Notes: generated by a model from the letters alone, not told the origin. Shown: positions 9,246 through 18,096, counted from the first letter of the stretch. The stretch is DNA of 37,194 bases from Candidatus Thermofontivivens primus (GCA_031458695.1 JAVKJW010000022.1:1-37194); one strand, 5' to 3'. Numbers and translations are program-made.

Positions 9246-10346
9246 ATGCGCTGGGTTCTCTCCCTCCCAGTCAAGGAGGCAACGTGCCGCATCTGCCGGA
9301 CGCGTTCCATCCTCATCAGCAAGCAGCTCGGCGTCTGCGCGCGGTGCATCCAGACGGAACCGGCGCGAGCCCTTCCCCTGGCGCACGAAGCCCATGCGCG
9401 CTGCCGGCGTCTCTTCGGCCTCCCAGAGAGCGCTCCGCAGGCCACGGAAGGACTACCCTGCCAGATCTGCGTACACGAATGCCGCATCCCTGAAGGTTCC
9501 CTTGGCTACTGCGGGCTCAGGACGAATCGTGGGGGGAAGCTGGTCTCCCTCGCGGGAACGCCTGAGGGTGCCGTCCTGCACTGGTACTACGATCCCCTTC
9601 CCACGAACTGCGTCGCCATGCCGTTCTGTGGAGAGCGCGAGACAAGGGGCAAAAGCAACCTGGCCGTTTTCTACGGCGCGTGTACCCTGAACTGCCTGTT
9701 CTGTCAGAACTGGCACTACATGGAGAACGCCAGCCGCCGCCAGCCTGTACAGAGCGCGGCTTCCCTGGTGCAGGCGGTAACACCACAGGTCGCCTGTATA
9801 TGCTACTTCGGCGGGGACCCCACGCCGCAACTCCCTCACGCTCTCGCTGCCTCGCGCATAGCCCTCCAGGCCTGGAAGGGGAGGATCTGCTGGGAGACCA
9901 ACGGGACGATGCACCCGACCCTGTTGCGGCGGATGATCGAGCTTTCCCTGGAGAGCGGGGGAACAATCAAGTTTGACCTGAAGGCGTGGAGCGAGCCCCT
10001 GCACATCGCCCTGACTGGTGTGGGGAACCAGCGAACACTGGAGAACTTTGCCACAGTCGCCTCGCACTTCCGCGAACGGCCCGATCCACCCCTCCTCGTG
10101 GCCAGTACCCTCCTCATCCCCGGCTACGTGGACGAAGAGGAAGTGAGGGCCATCAGCAGGTTCATTGCAGGCTTTGATCCGGACATCCCCTATGTGCTCC
10201 TGGGTTTCTACCCCCACCTGTTCATGGAGAACCTTCCCACCACCTCCCGCGTTCACGCCGAGCGGTGCCTCAGGGCGGCACAGGAAGCTGGATTGCGCCG
10301 CGTGCGCATTGGGAACCCGCACCTGCTGAGCGACCTTTATCCATAA
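9246..10346 (+). CDS. Radical SAM protein, PFL-activating-enzyme/AmmeMemoRadiSam-like, with Cys-rich N-terminus
   Basis: CTLNCLFC (CxxxCxxC), YFGGDPTP, WETNG, DPLPTNCV; N-terminal CxxC pairs. Confidence 0.88.
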   Translation: MRWVLSLPVKEATCRICRTRSILISKQLGVCARCIQTEPARALPLAHEAHARCRRLFGLPESAPQATEGLPCQICVHECRIPEGSLGYCGLRTNRGGKLVSLAGTPEGAVLHWYYDPLPTNCVAMPFCGERETRGKSNLAVFYGACTLNCLFCQNWHYMENASRRQPVQSAASLVQAVTPQVACICYFGGDPTPQLPHALAASRIALQAWKGRICWETNGTMHPTLLRRMIELSLESGGTIKFDLKAWSEPLHIALTGVGNQRTLENFATVASHFRERPDPPLLVASTLLIPGYVDEEEVRAISRFIAGFDPDIPYVLLGFYPHLFMENLPTTSRVHAERCLRAAQEAGLRRVRIGNPHLLSDLYP

Positions 10347-10348
10347 GG

Positions 10349-10443
10349 CTAAGTACCCCGGCAAAAGACTTTTGCCAGGGGTCCGCCTGAAAAACCGGAG
10401 TCCCTCGCGAAACCTTGGCAAAAGATTTTGCCGGGGCACTTAG
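10349..10443. repeat. REP doublet / MITE-like element, copy 2 (complete, 95 bp)
   Basis: Terminal inverted repeats CTAAGTACCCCGGCAAAA / TTTTGCCGGGGCACTTAG (17 of 18 match); each end is itself a GGCAAAA...TTTTGCC hairpin; lies between convergent genes. Confidence 0.8.
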
Positions 10444-10523
10444 AACCGTGGAGACTGTAGTTGGGAGAGCGGGTTTTCGACCCTGAGGCTCAAACCGAAC
10501 GGCTCCTGCCGAGCCGGAATCCT

Positions 10524-11375
10524 TTATACGGCAACTTTGAAGCGGTGGCGGAGGCATCGGCCCAGGTTAAAGACCAGGCTGCGCCTGCTGGTCACCAGGT
10601 AGACATCGGGGGAAACATGATAGATTCCTTCAAAGAGGCGGGAGACTTCAAAGGGCTGGGTGCTCGTCTCTCGCCACAGCCAGCGAAGGTTCTCTACAAT
10701 GTTCCGTTCGATCTTGAGGGTCGTGTCGAGGAGAAGGATGGCAAAGTCCGGACCGAGGCGCCGACGCCGGTCAAGGAACTGGCGCAGCTCATGGACGGTG
10801 ACATTGTACGGGGGGCTCGACTTGCATTCGACGTAGCCCAGCAGGTGCTCAACATGCACCAGGACATCGAAGTCTCCCCCCAGCCGCAGGTCCCGGAGCT
10901 TCACTCCCCAAGCAGCTGGGGATGCAAACTCCCGCCCGAAGACCTGGGCAACGAACCACTCCAGGGTATCTCCCAGGGAGTGGATGTGCGGGAAAGAGAA
11001 GGTATACCCGTTGTTCCTTGGCTCGAGGATCCGATACCCTACCAGCTGGCGCAAGTACCTCGACGTAGCGGCCTCCCCCCACCTGGAGGAGAGCGCTGAG
11101 AGAGCGCTCGCGTCCAAGCCCCCCCGCTCGGCGACCTCCTGTAGGATCCTCCGGAAGTAATAGCGCTTCAGATCCTGGTAATAGCGGTCGATGGCATCGG
11201 GGGCTGGCAGCCTCGGTAAGATCACCCTCTCCAGCGGGTTCATGGCTGCCACTGAGAGCCCGCGGCGGCGCAACGCAATTTCCACAGAAGGCCTGATGTC
11301 AGCGAACTTGGCTTCGAGAGCTCCAACCCTCTCCTCAAGCGCTGAGAGGACTTTTGCGTATCGATCCCACCTCAT
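10524..11375 (-). CDS. Hypothetical protein with putative wHTH and PD-(D/E)XK nuclease-like domain
   Basis: GGAGG RBS before ATG 11375; GDTLEWFVA...GGDFDVL...YVECKSS fits the E...D...ExK pattern. Confidence 0.7.
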   Translation of the reverse strand: MRWDRYAKVLSALEERVGALEAKFADIRPSVEIALRRRGLSVAAMNPLERVILPRLPAPDAIDRYYQDLKRYYFRRILQEVAERGGLDASALSALSSRWGEAATSRYLRQLVGYRILEPRNNGYTFSFPHIHSLGDTLEWFVAQVFGREFASPAAWGVKLRDLRLGGDFDVLVHVEHLLGYVECKSSPPYNVTVHELRQFLDRRRRLGPDFAILLLDTTLKIERNIVENLRWLWRETSTQPFEVSRLFEGIYHVSPDVYLVTSRRSLVFNLGRCLRHRFKVAV

Positions 11376-11586
11376 CCCTCCCAACACTTCGTTGTCCCCC
11401 TCCTCCACTCCTCTGGCGAGCAGGAGCTTAGGTCCGCATGCCGAATGGACTATATGGTCCTCGTGCGTAGTTCTATGACATGGTACAACCCCTACCCTCT
11501 CCCCTGAGGACGGCTCGTGTCTCTTCAATTCCGGGCCCTCCGGAGGGCTGCTCGGTAGGGAGGGGTTAGAGGAAGGGGGGACGCTT

Positions 11587-11898
11587 ATGGATGAGGAAAG
11601 ACGGATGACCGAGGAAGAATTCGTCATCCGGGCTATCAAGACGCTCCGCAAACCCCCGTACCGGGGGATCCACAGCGTGTACAGCGGGTTCAACGAGGCC
11701 TTCCGCCAGTATTTCGGCAAAGATCCCGTGGAAGTCACCACGCGCCTCGCCCAGGAGGGAAAGATCGAAACCCGCCCCGTCCGTGGTGGGGTAATGCTGT
11801 ACCTCCCCGGAGAGGCTCCCGCTCGGCGCCGGGCGGAGGACGTGTTGAGGCAGATCTTGCATGGGGAAGAAGAAACGGGGCAGGACGGGGGCGAGTGA
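11587..11898 (+). CDS. Hypothetical protein
   Basis: Purine-rich RBS; typical codon usage; GIHSVYSGFNEAFRQYF...RPVRGGVMLYLP. Start may be ATG 11605. Confidence 0.8.
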   Translation: MDEERRMTEEEFVIRAIKTLRKPPYRGIHSVYSGFNEAFRQYFGKDPVEVTTRLAQEGKIETRPVRGGVMLYLPGEAPARRRAEDVLRQILHGEEETGQDGGE

Positions 11899-11950
11899 TT
11901 TTAGGCAAAGGCCGGCGAACGTGCGTTGTAGAGGCGAGGGGATAGGTAGA

Positions 11951-12778
11951 TCAGGAGGCAGAAAGTCCCCCGAAGATCCGGCTCTTGGACCAGCGGATGT
12001 AGCGATCTGACAACAGGTTCAGGGGCTTGCGGGCAAAGGAGAAATGCTCGGCTAGGGATGCCAGGACGCGGTCAAGACGAATCTCCTTGGCAGCCGGATG
12101 CGCGGCAGCCAAGTGGTAGAAGCGCTTCCCCTCCTCCTCGTAATCCTCCAGGCTCTGGAGCCGCTCTACGCTCACAAGCATCCGGAGAGGCCCACGTTCC
12201 AGCCTCCGCCGCCTGGCCGCATACTCTGGGAAAACACCGGAGATGAACAGGGCGATATCGGCAACGCGCTTGTAGATTGGGAAGCGAGCCTCCTCCTCCA
12301 CCAAGTTAGCCAGCTCGATCATGTCGTCCAGGTTGAGATCGCTGAAGCGGCGTCGGTGGAACTGCCCGTGACGGTAAAAGTACAAGGTCCAGGTGTTGAT
12401 CCGAGTGAAGGAGACGAGGAGGTCCACGAGATAACTCTCCACGTCGGGTTCTTTTAGGAACTCGCTGACTTGCAGCGCATCAAAGACAGGCACAGCTTCG
12501 CGAATCCCAACCCGCTCAATAGTGTACCCCTGGGCCTGAAGGTCCTTGCGCACCCTACGCATGAGGATAGTGAACAGCAGGAAGGGGGAGATCTTCAGGA
12601 GAATCTCTTCATCCTCGAGGATGCGCCGCACGAGGCGGTCGTCCTGGAGCATTACCTCGAGGAAGTCTTCCTTGTCCCTGACGAGCTCGATGATTCGGTC
12701 ATGGTCCTGGCGGCGGTCGGCAACAGTCTCAACAATGAACCTCAGATCCGCCTCGGTGAGCCGCTGGGTTAGATTCAT
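11951..12778 (-). CDS. Hypothetical alpha-helical protein
   Basis: GGGAGG RBS; 275-aa ORF with normal composition; KRVADIALFISGVFPEY motif. Confidence 0.8.
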   Translation of the reverse strand: MNLTQRLTEADLRFIVETVADRRQDHDRIIELVRDKEDFLEVMLQDDRLVRRILEDEEILLKISPFLLFTILMRRVRKDLQAQGYTIERVGIREAVPVFDALQVSEFLKEPDVESYLVDLLVSFTRINTWTLYFYRHGQFHRRRFSDLNLDDMIELANLVEEEARFPIYKRVADIALFISGVFPEYAARRRRLERGPLRMLVSVERLQSLEDYEEEGKRFYHLAAAHPAAKEIRLDRVLASLAEHFSFARKPLNLLSDRYIRWSKSRIFGGLSAS

Positions 12779-12832
12779 CCTCCCAGCCTCCGCAACTACA
12801 TTCCCATGTATAATTTTACCCGAGGGTCGAGC

Positions 12833-13759
12833 CTACTTCATCCTCCCATAGGAGAAAACCAAGCGGATCCCCAGCTCCTGAAGCCGCTCCTGGACCTCAG
12901 GCCGGGCCCTGTAGCAGAAGCAGACCGGGAAGATCTCACCGGTAAGGTGACGCCGGGCCCGTTCGACCTTCCGGGCGAACCGCTCCACTTCCCGCAGCGT
13001 CAGGTTGTGCTTGGCTTCCCCTACGATCCAGATGGTCCGCTCGGGATGGGCAGGATCCTTAGCCTGGCCGAATATGTTGATCTCTTCCACCTTCCCATCC
13101 CAGCGCTGCCACGAACGCTCGAGGATCCCCACTTCCCACCCGAGTTCCCGGCCCAGGACATCGTGGATCACGATGTAGGCGATGTCCTCAATGTCTCCCC
13201 CAACCGTCTCGCTCAAGCCTCCCACCTGCTTTGCCAGCCGCTGCACGGTCCTCTCCGTCCGGGTCTGGGCCTCGGCAAGCCTGGCAAGCGCTATCTCTAC
13301 GTGATCAACGCGGACCGTAAGCTGCCCCACTCTCTCCTCCGTCCGAGCCTGAGCCTCGGCAAGCTGCCCAACCCGCTCTTCCGTCTTCGCCTGCGCAGCA
13401 GCAAGCTGCTCAACGCGAACCGCCAGTTGACCCAGCCTCTCCTCAGTCCGCTCCTGCGCAGCAACCAGCTCTGCAAACCGTTCATCCAAGCGAGCCTGCG
13501 CAGCAGCCAGGTCCCCAAACCGCTCCTCCAACTGGGTCTGGACCTCGGTAAGCTTCGCGAGAGCTCCCTGAAGCGCCTGCTGACCCTCCGTGATCGTGAC
13601 CTGCAACCGTTGGAGATCCTGACGCGTGACGACCTCATCCCTGCGGGCAGCGAATCTCTCCAGAACCAGAAGGAGAACCTCCGTTTCCTCCTCCTTGAAG
13701 ACGCGCCTCAGCAGGGCCCGAAGCTCCTCTCTTTCGTGGGATGTAAGATCAGGAGACAT
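12833..13759 (-). CDS. Coiled-coil repeat protein with C-terminal PD-(D/E)XK-like domain (DUF3782-like architecture)
   Basis: AAGGAGG RBS; repeated LAxAQxRTEERVGQ units; C-terminal EINIFG...IVGEAK. Confidence 0.8.
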   Translation of the reverse strand: MSPDLTSHEREELRALLRRVFKEEETEVLLLVLERFAARRDEVVTRQDLQRLQVTITEGQQALQGALAKLTEVQTQLEERFGDLAAAQARLDERFAELVAAQERTEERLGQLAVRVEQLAAAQAKTEERVGQLAEAQARTEERVGQLTVRVDHVEIALARLAEAQTRTERTVQRLAKQVGGLSETVGGDIEDIAYIVIHDVLGRELGWEVGILERSWQRWDGKVEEINIFGQAKDPAHPERTIWIVGEAKHNLTLREVERFARKVERARRHLTGEIFPVCFCYRARPEVQERLQELGIRLVFSYGRMK

Positions 13760-13947
13760 CCCGTAAGCGCCTCCTTACTGATTTCGCGCCCACCATTCTA
13801 GCATATCCCTTGTGAATCCTCTACCTAAACCCTGGGTACTCTCCCTTCACCTTCTCCACTGTGCGGACAGGAGCCCTGAGCTCCTCCGCAATCCTTTCGA
13901 GGCAGCAGGGCCCTTGAAGGAGCGGGTATTGCAGGGCTGATGCCGCG

Positions 13948-15099
13948 TCACGGGAGCCTCCCAGTACGCTGGAGGAAATTCTCCAGCCGCTCCAGTGCTT
14001 GCTGAATGCGCTCTAGGGAGTTGGCATAAGAAAACCGGAGATACCCCTCGGCGTTTTGGCCGAAGTCGATGCCTGGAGTTACCCCCACTTTCGTCTCCCG
14101 CAGGATCTCCAGGGCAAACTCGTAGGAACGAGAGGTAAAACGCCGCGCATTCGCCAGCACATAGAACGCTCCCGTGGGTTCCGCAGCGACGCCGAATCCC
14201 AAGCGCCTGAGTTGGGGGATCAGAAAACGGCGCCGCTCGTCAAAGGTGGCCCGCATGCGGGCGAGGTGCTCCTGACCCTCCCGAAGGGCCGCCACCCCCG
14301 CCCACTGGACGAACTCGTTGGCGGAGATGAAGAAATTCTGGTGGAGGATCTGGAGGGTCCGTATATACGTCTTTGGCGCAATCACATACCCTAGACGCCA
14401 TCCCGTCATCGCATAGGCTTTGGAGAACCCGTTGAGGACGAAGGCGCGGTCAGTGAACTCGAGGATAGAATGTTCCCTGCCTTCATAGACCAAGCCATGA
14501 TAGATCTCGTCAGAAATCACAAAAGGACCAAGCTCGGCAAGGGCCGCCATATGCTCGGGGCTCAGGAGCGTACCTGTAGGGTTGGCGGGAGAGTTGATGA
14601 GGATCGCTTTGGTCCTTGGAGTGAGGTGGCGGCGGACGGCGTCGGCGGTGAGCTGGAACCCCTCCTCCTCGTAGATAGGCACAAAGACGGGTGTGGCCCC
14701 GGCGAGGCGCACGAAGTTCGCGTAGCACGCGTAGCACGGATCTGTGAGGATCACTTCATCCCCGGATTCCAGCAGAGCCAGGCAGGTGAGGAGCAAGGCG
14801 GGGGAGGTGCCTGCGGTCACAAGCACCTGGTCCGGGGAGATGCTCACCCCATAGGTCTTCTGGAAATGCTCGGCGATGGCTTCCCGGAGAGGGAGGAGTC
14901 CCAGGCTGTGGGTATAGCGGGTCCGGTTCTGTTGAATGGCCCGGTGCGCCGCCTCCTTGATGGGCTCAGGGGTTGGAAAGTCCGGTTCCCCCACCTCCAG
15001 GTGGATCACCTCAGTCCCTGCAGGATCCAGCGCCTGGGCGGCCTCGAGGACTTCCATGGCGAGGAACGGCGTAATTTCCTGCGTGCGCCTAGCGACCAT
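13948..15099 (-). CDS. PLP-dependent aminotransferase class I/II (aspartate aminotransferase-like)
   Basis: GEPDF, NSPANPTG, SDEIY, FSKAYAMTGWRLG (PLP lysine), YLRFSY. Start 15099 (GGAGG RBS) or 15111. Confidence 0.93.
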   Translation of the reverse strand: MVARRTQEITPFLAMEVLEAAQALDPAGTEVIHLEVGEPDFPTPEPIKEAAHRAIQQNRTRYTHSLGLLPLREAIAEHFQKTYGVSISPDQVLVTAGTSPALLLTCLALLESGDEVILTDPCYACYANFVRLAGATPVFVPIYEEEGFQLTADAVRRHLTPRTKAILINSPANPTGTLLSPEHMAALAELGPFVISDEIYHGLVYEGREHSILEFTDRAFVLNGFSKAYAMTGWRLGYVIAPKTYIRTLQILHQNFFISANEFVQWAGVAALREGQEHLARMRATFDERRRFLIPQLRRLGFGVAAEPTGAFYVLANARRFTSRSYEFALEILRETKVGVTPGIDFGQNAEGYLRFSYANSLERIQQALERLENFLQRTGRLP

Positions 15100-15208
15100 T
15101 GCACCCTCCATCCTCTAAAAATTCGTTAACCCAACAATATCATGCAGGCTTTCAGAGATGCAAGAAGGGGTCTATCTAGAGAAAAGGTGGGTGTCCCCTT
15201 TTGAAGAG

Positions 15209-15718
15209 TTACCTTCGGAACCAGGCGAAGAGAATTCCCAGAATGACAGCCACCTGGCCTACCCAGAAGAGAAACATCCACTTGATGAGGTCGGCACGGT
15301 GGTTGGCCATCTCGGTGCGCACCTTGGCAAATTCCGCTGCCATCTCCTCGCGCACCTTGGCAAACTCGCTGGCCATCTCGGTGCGCACCTTGGCAAATTC
15401 CGCTGCCATCTCCTCGCGCACCTTGGCAAACTCGCTGGCCATCTCCCCGCGGAGCCCGGCAGAGGTCCCGGCGATTTCCTCACGCAGCTCGGACCGAACC
15501 GCTGCAATCTCCTCCCGCAGCTCGGACCGAACCGCTGCAATCTCCGTGCGGATTGTGGAAACAGCTTCAGCGAGGCGGCGCTCCAACCTCTCCTCTGCCA
15601 GGGCAAGAAGGTCTACGCGGTTCTGCTCGCTCACCTGGCGTAGAAACTCCACAAGCGCTTCCGTCGCTTCCTCGCCTAGCTTGTCGCGCAAGACCTTCGG
15701 GACGACGAAAATAGGCAC
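15209..15718 (-). CDS. DUF1640/CCDC90-like coiled-coil protein with C-terminal TM anchor
   Basis: GGAGG RBS; LRDKLGEEA head, 11-aa repeats (EMAxEFAKVRx), ADLIKWMFLFWVGQ plus TM. Confidence 0.82.
   Translation of the reverse strand: MPIFVVPKVLRDKLGEEATEALVEFLRQVSEQNRVDLLALAEERLERRLAEAVSTIRTEIAAVRSELREEIAAVRSELREEIAGTSAGLRGEMASEFAKVREEMAAEFAKVRTEMASEFAKVREEMAAEFAKVRTEMANHRADLIKWMFLFWVGQVAVILGILFAWFRR
15304..15545. repeat. Coding tandem repeats: perfect 66-bp unit x2 plus a 33-bp-period repeat
   Basis: 15304-15369 equals 15370-15435; CTCGGACCGAACCGCTGCAATCTCC occurs twice, 33 bp apart, from 15488. Confidence 0.9.
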
Positions 15719-15856
15719 TCACAAGCCTCCTCTGTGATCATGGTCTGCACTCACAATATCACAAGATCGTTCATGGTGCAAGTCTATCGAATCGTCGGGC
15801 TGGAGTCTATCTGGTTGACCTCGTTGGTTTGGTTAGCCCTGTTCGGCAGAGGCCTT

Positions 15857-16030
15857 TTATATGACACCAAGCACCGGGTGCCGGACGGGATAGCCATGCG
15901 AGGCGGCATTGCGAATGAACCGCTCATCGAGGGTGAAAAGCGGGCAGTTTTCGCGGAGGGCGAGGGCAAGATAGGCAGTAATTGGATCGTCGTGTCTATT
16001 CGGTCGTCGAGTCAACCTTCTCTCGATCTC
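15857..16030 (-). pseudogene. C-terminal remnant of a PIN-domain (VapC-like) toxin
   Basis: ...AYLALALRENCPLFTLDERFI... resembles the PIN C-terminal D-x-x-YLALA...L-x-T-x-D motif; no N-terminal PIN half; frame runs into a REP palindrome. Confidence 0.6.
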
Positions 16031-16060
16031 TGTAGGGGCGACGCATGCGTCGCCCCTACA
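16031..16060. repeat. Perfect 30-bp GTAG-family REP palindrome
   Basis: TGTAGGGGCGACGCA|TGCGTCGCCCCTACA. Confidence 0.88.
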
Positions 16061-16253
16061 ACTTCCTGGTAGGAGCAAGCTCCCCTTTCATCCTCTCTCC
16101 CCTAGTGGGAGGGAATAATAAGAGGGAGGGGGTGCAACAGGGGCGTTCTTGGTTCGGAAGAAACCCCCCTCACCCTGCGCCCTCTCTCTAGAGAAGAGGA
16201 AATGTGAAGAGCACCCCTTCTCGTGCGGGGAGAGGGGATGATTGGCAGGCACT

Positions 16254-16290
16254 AAAAAGAAAAGGGCCGCCGGGGAAACCCCGGCGGCCC
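16254..16290 (-). terminator. Rho-independent terminator of the SLH-porin gene
   Basis: Minus strand GGGCCGCCGGGG-TTT-CCCCGGCGGCCC then TTTTCTTTTT, about 20 nt after the stop. Confidence 0.9.
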
Positions 16291-16308
16291 CTGGAAAGAA
16301 TCTGGCAA

Positions 16309-17739
16309 CTACCAGCTGTAGGTGAGTTCCAAGCGGTAGAAGTTGGCCGTGTCACTACCGCCGACGGTAGCCCTATAATACTGCACCTTCAGGCTGGTAT
16401 TCGGTGCCAGGGAGAAGGTTGTATATACATCAAGGTTCGCCACTGTAGCACCCGTAGAGATCTTGTTGCCAGACTCGTAGACGGTGTTAAACGACACCGT
16501 CGGGGTCAACGTCAGGCCCATCTCCGCGCGCCACCCACGGAAGTCACCTTTATTATCTCCATTGTAGTCGTAGACGCTTCCGTAGAGCGGAGCATTAGCG
16601 GCGCCACCGAAGTCGAAGTTCCGGTAGCTGAGCCCGAAGGTAGGTGCGAACGCGGTCTCGGCACCGGTGAGCTTGTTAAAGTCGAGGCTCAAGCCGGCCT
16701 GATACCCGGAGCGGGCTGTGCCACCAGAGGGCGTGAAACTAATGACCTCGCCGCTAAACGAAAGGCCCTCCAGCAGAGCACCGCTTACAGTGAGACCATA
16801 GCCTGCACTCGCAGTGCTGGCAGTTATGTCCCTCTCACTGTACGCGTTAAGCCCGAAGGTCCATCCTGGGATAAAGCTGAACTCCGCCCTGCCTCCGTAG
16901 AGCACACGGTTCGGAGGAGCGGCAGCCGAAGTATCTTGGTAGGCGAACGCGCTGATGCCGACTCCGGCGAACGTGGTGGATACCTTAGCGCCATCTACAA
17001 CGCCAATACCAGTATTCCCTGCGTCAAAAAGCAGTCCAATGGGCCCAAGCAGGTCATACTGCCGGCCGATGCGCAGGTTAAACAACCCGAGGAGCCCGGT
17101 CATATCGAAGTAGGCCCGATCGAAGGTAACATTAGCGGCTGCAGACGGTGTCGCGAAAGTGAACGTTCCGATCAGCATCCGAGCGGTCAGTTTGACGTTT
17201 GGCGCCACTTGCCCGCTAAAGGTCAGACGAGTACGGAAGTTGGCGGATGCTGCTGCATTCACCGCGCTCGTGTATCGGATTCGAACGTCCCCCGTGATCT
17301 TCGTCTTGTCCAGCTGGCCGCGCAGGGTCCGCAGCTCCTCCTCAATGGACTCGATGCGGACGCCCAGGGCCTGCAGGTCGGTCTGGAACTCCCGGACCAG
17401 CCGGTTGATGGTGTCGATGCTGCTCCGCAGTGCATCGATATCCGCCTTTCTCACTTCAGGTGCCGGTGGAGGCGGTGGTGGCCCAGGAATCTGAGCTGCA
17501 ACGGCCTCGATGCGCGCCAGCAACCTGGCGACGATCATGGCCATCTCGTACCGGGTCAACGCCCGGTCTCCCTTGAAGGTCCCGTCGGGATAGCCCTCGA
17601 CGAGGCCCTTCGCGGCGAGCTCAGCGATCGCATCATACGCCCAATGGTCTGTGGGCACATCTGCGAAAGGCTGAGCAAAGACCGGGGCTACAAGAGCAAG
17701 GAGAAGTGCTGCAGTGACAAATAAGGCAGCCTTTTTCAC
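16309..17739 (-). CDS. SLH-domain + coiled-coil + beta-barrel outer-membrane protein (OmpM/SlpA-like)
   Basis: Signal peptide (…APVFA), SLH motif FADVPTDHWAY...GYPDGTFKG...TRYEMA, coiled-coil stalk, amphipathic beta strands, terminal aromatic residue (ELTYSW). Confidence 0.9.
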   Translation of the reverse strand: MKKAALFVTAALLLALVAPVFAQPFADVPTDHWAYDAIAELAAKGLVEGYPDGTFKGDRALTRYEMAMIVARLLARIEAVAAQIPGPPPPPPAPEVRKADIDALRSSIDTINRLVREFQTDLQALGVRIESIEEELRTLRGQLDKTKITGDVRIRYTSAVNAAASANFRTRLTFSGQVAPNVKLTARMLIGTFTFATPSAAANVTFDRAYFDMTGLLGLFNLRIGRQYDLLGPIGLLFDAGNTGIGVVDGAKVSTTFAGVGISAFAYQDTSAAAPPNRVLYGGRAEFSFIPGWTFGLNAYSERDITASTASAGYGLTVSGALLEGLSFSGEVISFTPSGGTARSGYQAGLSLDFNKLTGAETAFAPTFGLSYRNFDFGGAANAPLYGSVYDYNGDNKGDFRGWRAEMGLTLTPTVSFNTVYESGNKISTGATVANLDVYTTFSLAPNTSLKVQYYRATVGGSDTANFYRLELTYSW

Positions 17740-17994
17740 TTGCTTAATCCCCCTTTCGTCAGGATTGAGCCACTAGCAGGGGGTCTAGCGGCGAGTGTCC
17801 CAGTTTCCTCACTGCCTCAACCCTCCGCCTTGGCTCGGTCTCATCTACCGCTCTCCCTCTGGCACACAACACCGCGGTTACCCGCGAATTGCTCGCACCA
17901 CCTCCTTCCCCGTGCCTGGGATAGGTCCCAAGCGGCAGATGAAGCTCTTTGATCGCCTTGTCGCCCTCCCGAAAGGTGCGGTCCAAAGTAAAAA

Positions 17995-18042
17995 CTCGCA
18001 AATTGCTAGGTTAAAACTAGCAAATTGCGAGGTTCCTGTCAA
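17995..18042 (-). promoter_or_regulatory. Sigma70-type promoter of the SLH-porin gene overlapped by a 15-bp inverted-repeat operator
   Basis: Minus strand TTGACA (18042-18037), 17 bp, TGc-TAGTTT (18019-18014); inverted repeat CTCGCAAATTGCTAG-N7-CTAGCAAATTGCGAG at 17995-18031. Confidence 0.65.
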
Positions 18043-18096
18043 GTAAAATCTCGCGTTTCGGTGATACAATCGAGGCGCAACTGGTGGGATAGGAAG

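Noticed and set aside
9246..10346. Radical SAM protein as the missing lipoyl synthase for the LbpA proteins
   Set aside because: Motifs match the PFL-activase-like group, the LipA auxiliary-cluster motif is absent, and the gene lies over 20 kb from the lbpA genes.
15304..15545. Possible CRISPR array (33/66-bp periodicity)
   Set aside because: Repeats are contiguous with no unique spacers, keep the reading frame and encode a coiled coil; no cas genes are present.
16204..17724. 506-aa plus-strand ORF antisense to the SLH-porin gene
   Set aside because: No recognisable motifs; it mirrors a well-supported gene. Long antisense ORFs are expected from GC-rich codon bias (likewise 7344-8426, 12806-13801, 5828-6706, 27320-28276).
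17759..18001. 80-aa ORF in the SLH-porin leader
   Set aside because: TTG start lies at the predicted transcription start/operator with no RBS and the sequence has no protein-like features; better explained as UTR.
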